The notes under the pieces are model-generated. The model was not told where the DNA came from. It searched no databases and saw only the letters and a program-made list of their open reading frames with translations. Positions 63,818-64,000 of a stretch of 64,000 nt of DNA are shown piece by piece. The stretch is from Octopus sinensis (lineage: Eukaryota). Location of the stretch: the NCBI RefSeq assembly GCF_006345805.1, contig NC_043003.1, positions 81,592,001 to 81,656,000 of the forward strand, in the 5' to 3' direction. Both the position numbers and the translations under genes were made by a program. The first letter of the stretch is position 1; every line of letters starts with the position of its first letter.

Positions 63818-64000
63818 ATACAATTGTCTCTTTCAATCAGTTTTCTACTCACCACCGATCCTTCTGCATAGTGCATGTTCTAATGCACTCTCGTAATTAG
63901 TTGTGCATTTATATTAGAGAAACGTTTCTATACCTATACAATAAACGATTTATAATTGTCAAGTTAAGTTCAATTCATCAGTATCCGATGAAGAACGGAT

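Overview
Strongly AT-rich, microsatellite-saturated eukaryotic DNA that reads like intronic or intergenic coleoid cephalopod (Octopus-like) sequence. The taxon is inferred from repeat style and was not verified by any search. There are no prokaryotic genes, rRNA, true tRNA or CRISPR arrays. The window is dominated by three tRNA-headed SINE groups (about 30 copies or fragments) and by (TA)n, (CA)n, (AAT)n and (TTC)n arrays. It also holds retroelement relics: an RTE/BovB-type RT C-terminus, a CR1/L2-like RT C-terminus, and Penelope-like (PLE) GIY-YIG and RT fragments. DNA-element remnants include a ~375-bp foldback MITE, a Helitron 3' end and a small TIR element. The best-supported non-obvious signal is a set of minimal hammerhead-ribozyme (HHR) motifs in PLE termini. 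One has an intact catalytic core and an adjacent perfect inverted duplication that could sequester it; others carry core variants. Several short open segments with good splice signals occur on both strands (best: 51432-51601 minus), suggesting one or more spliced genes, but I cannot name the protein or fix the gene model. Most entries in the ORF track are microsatellite or SINE artefacts.
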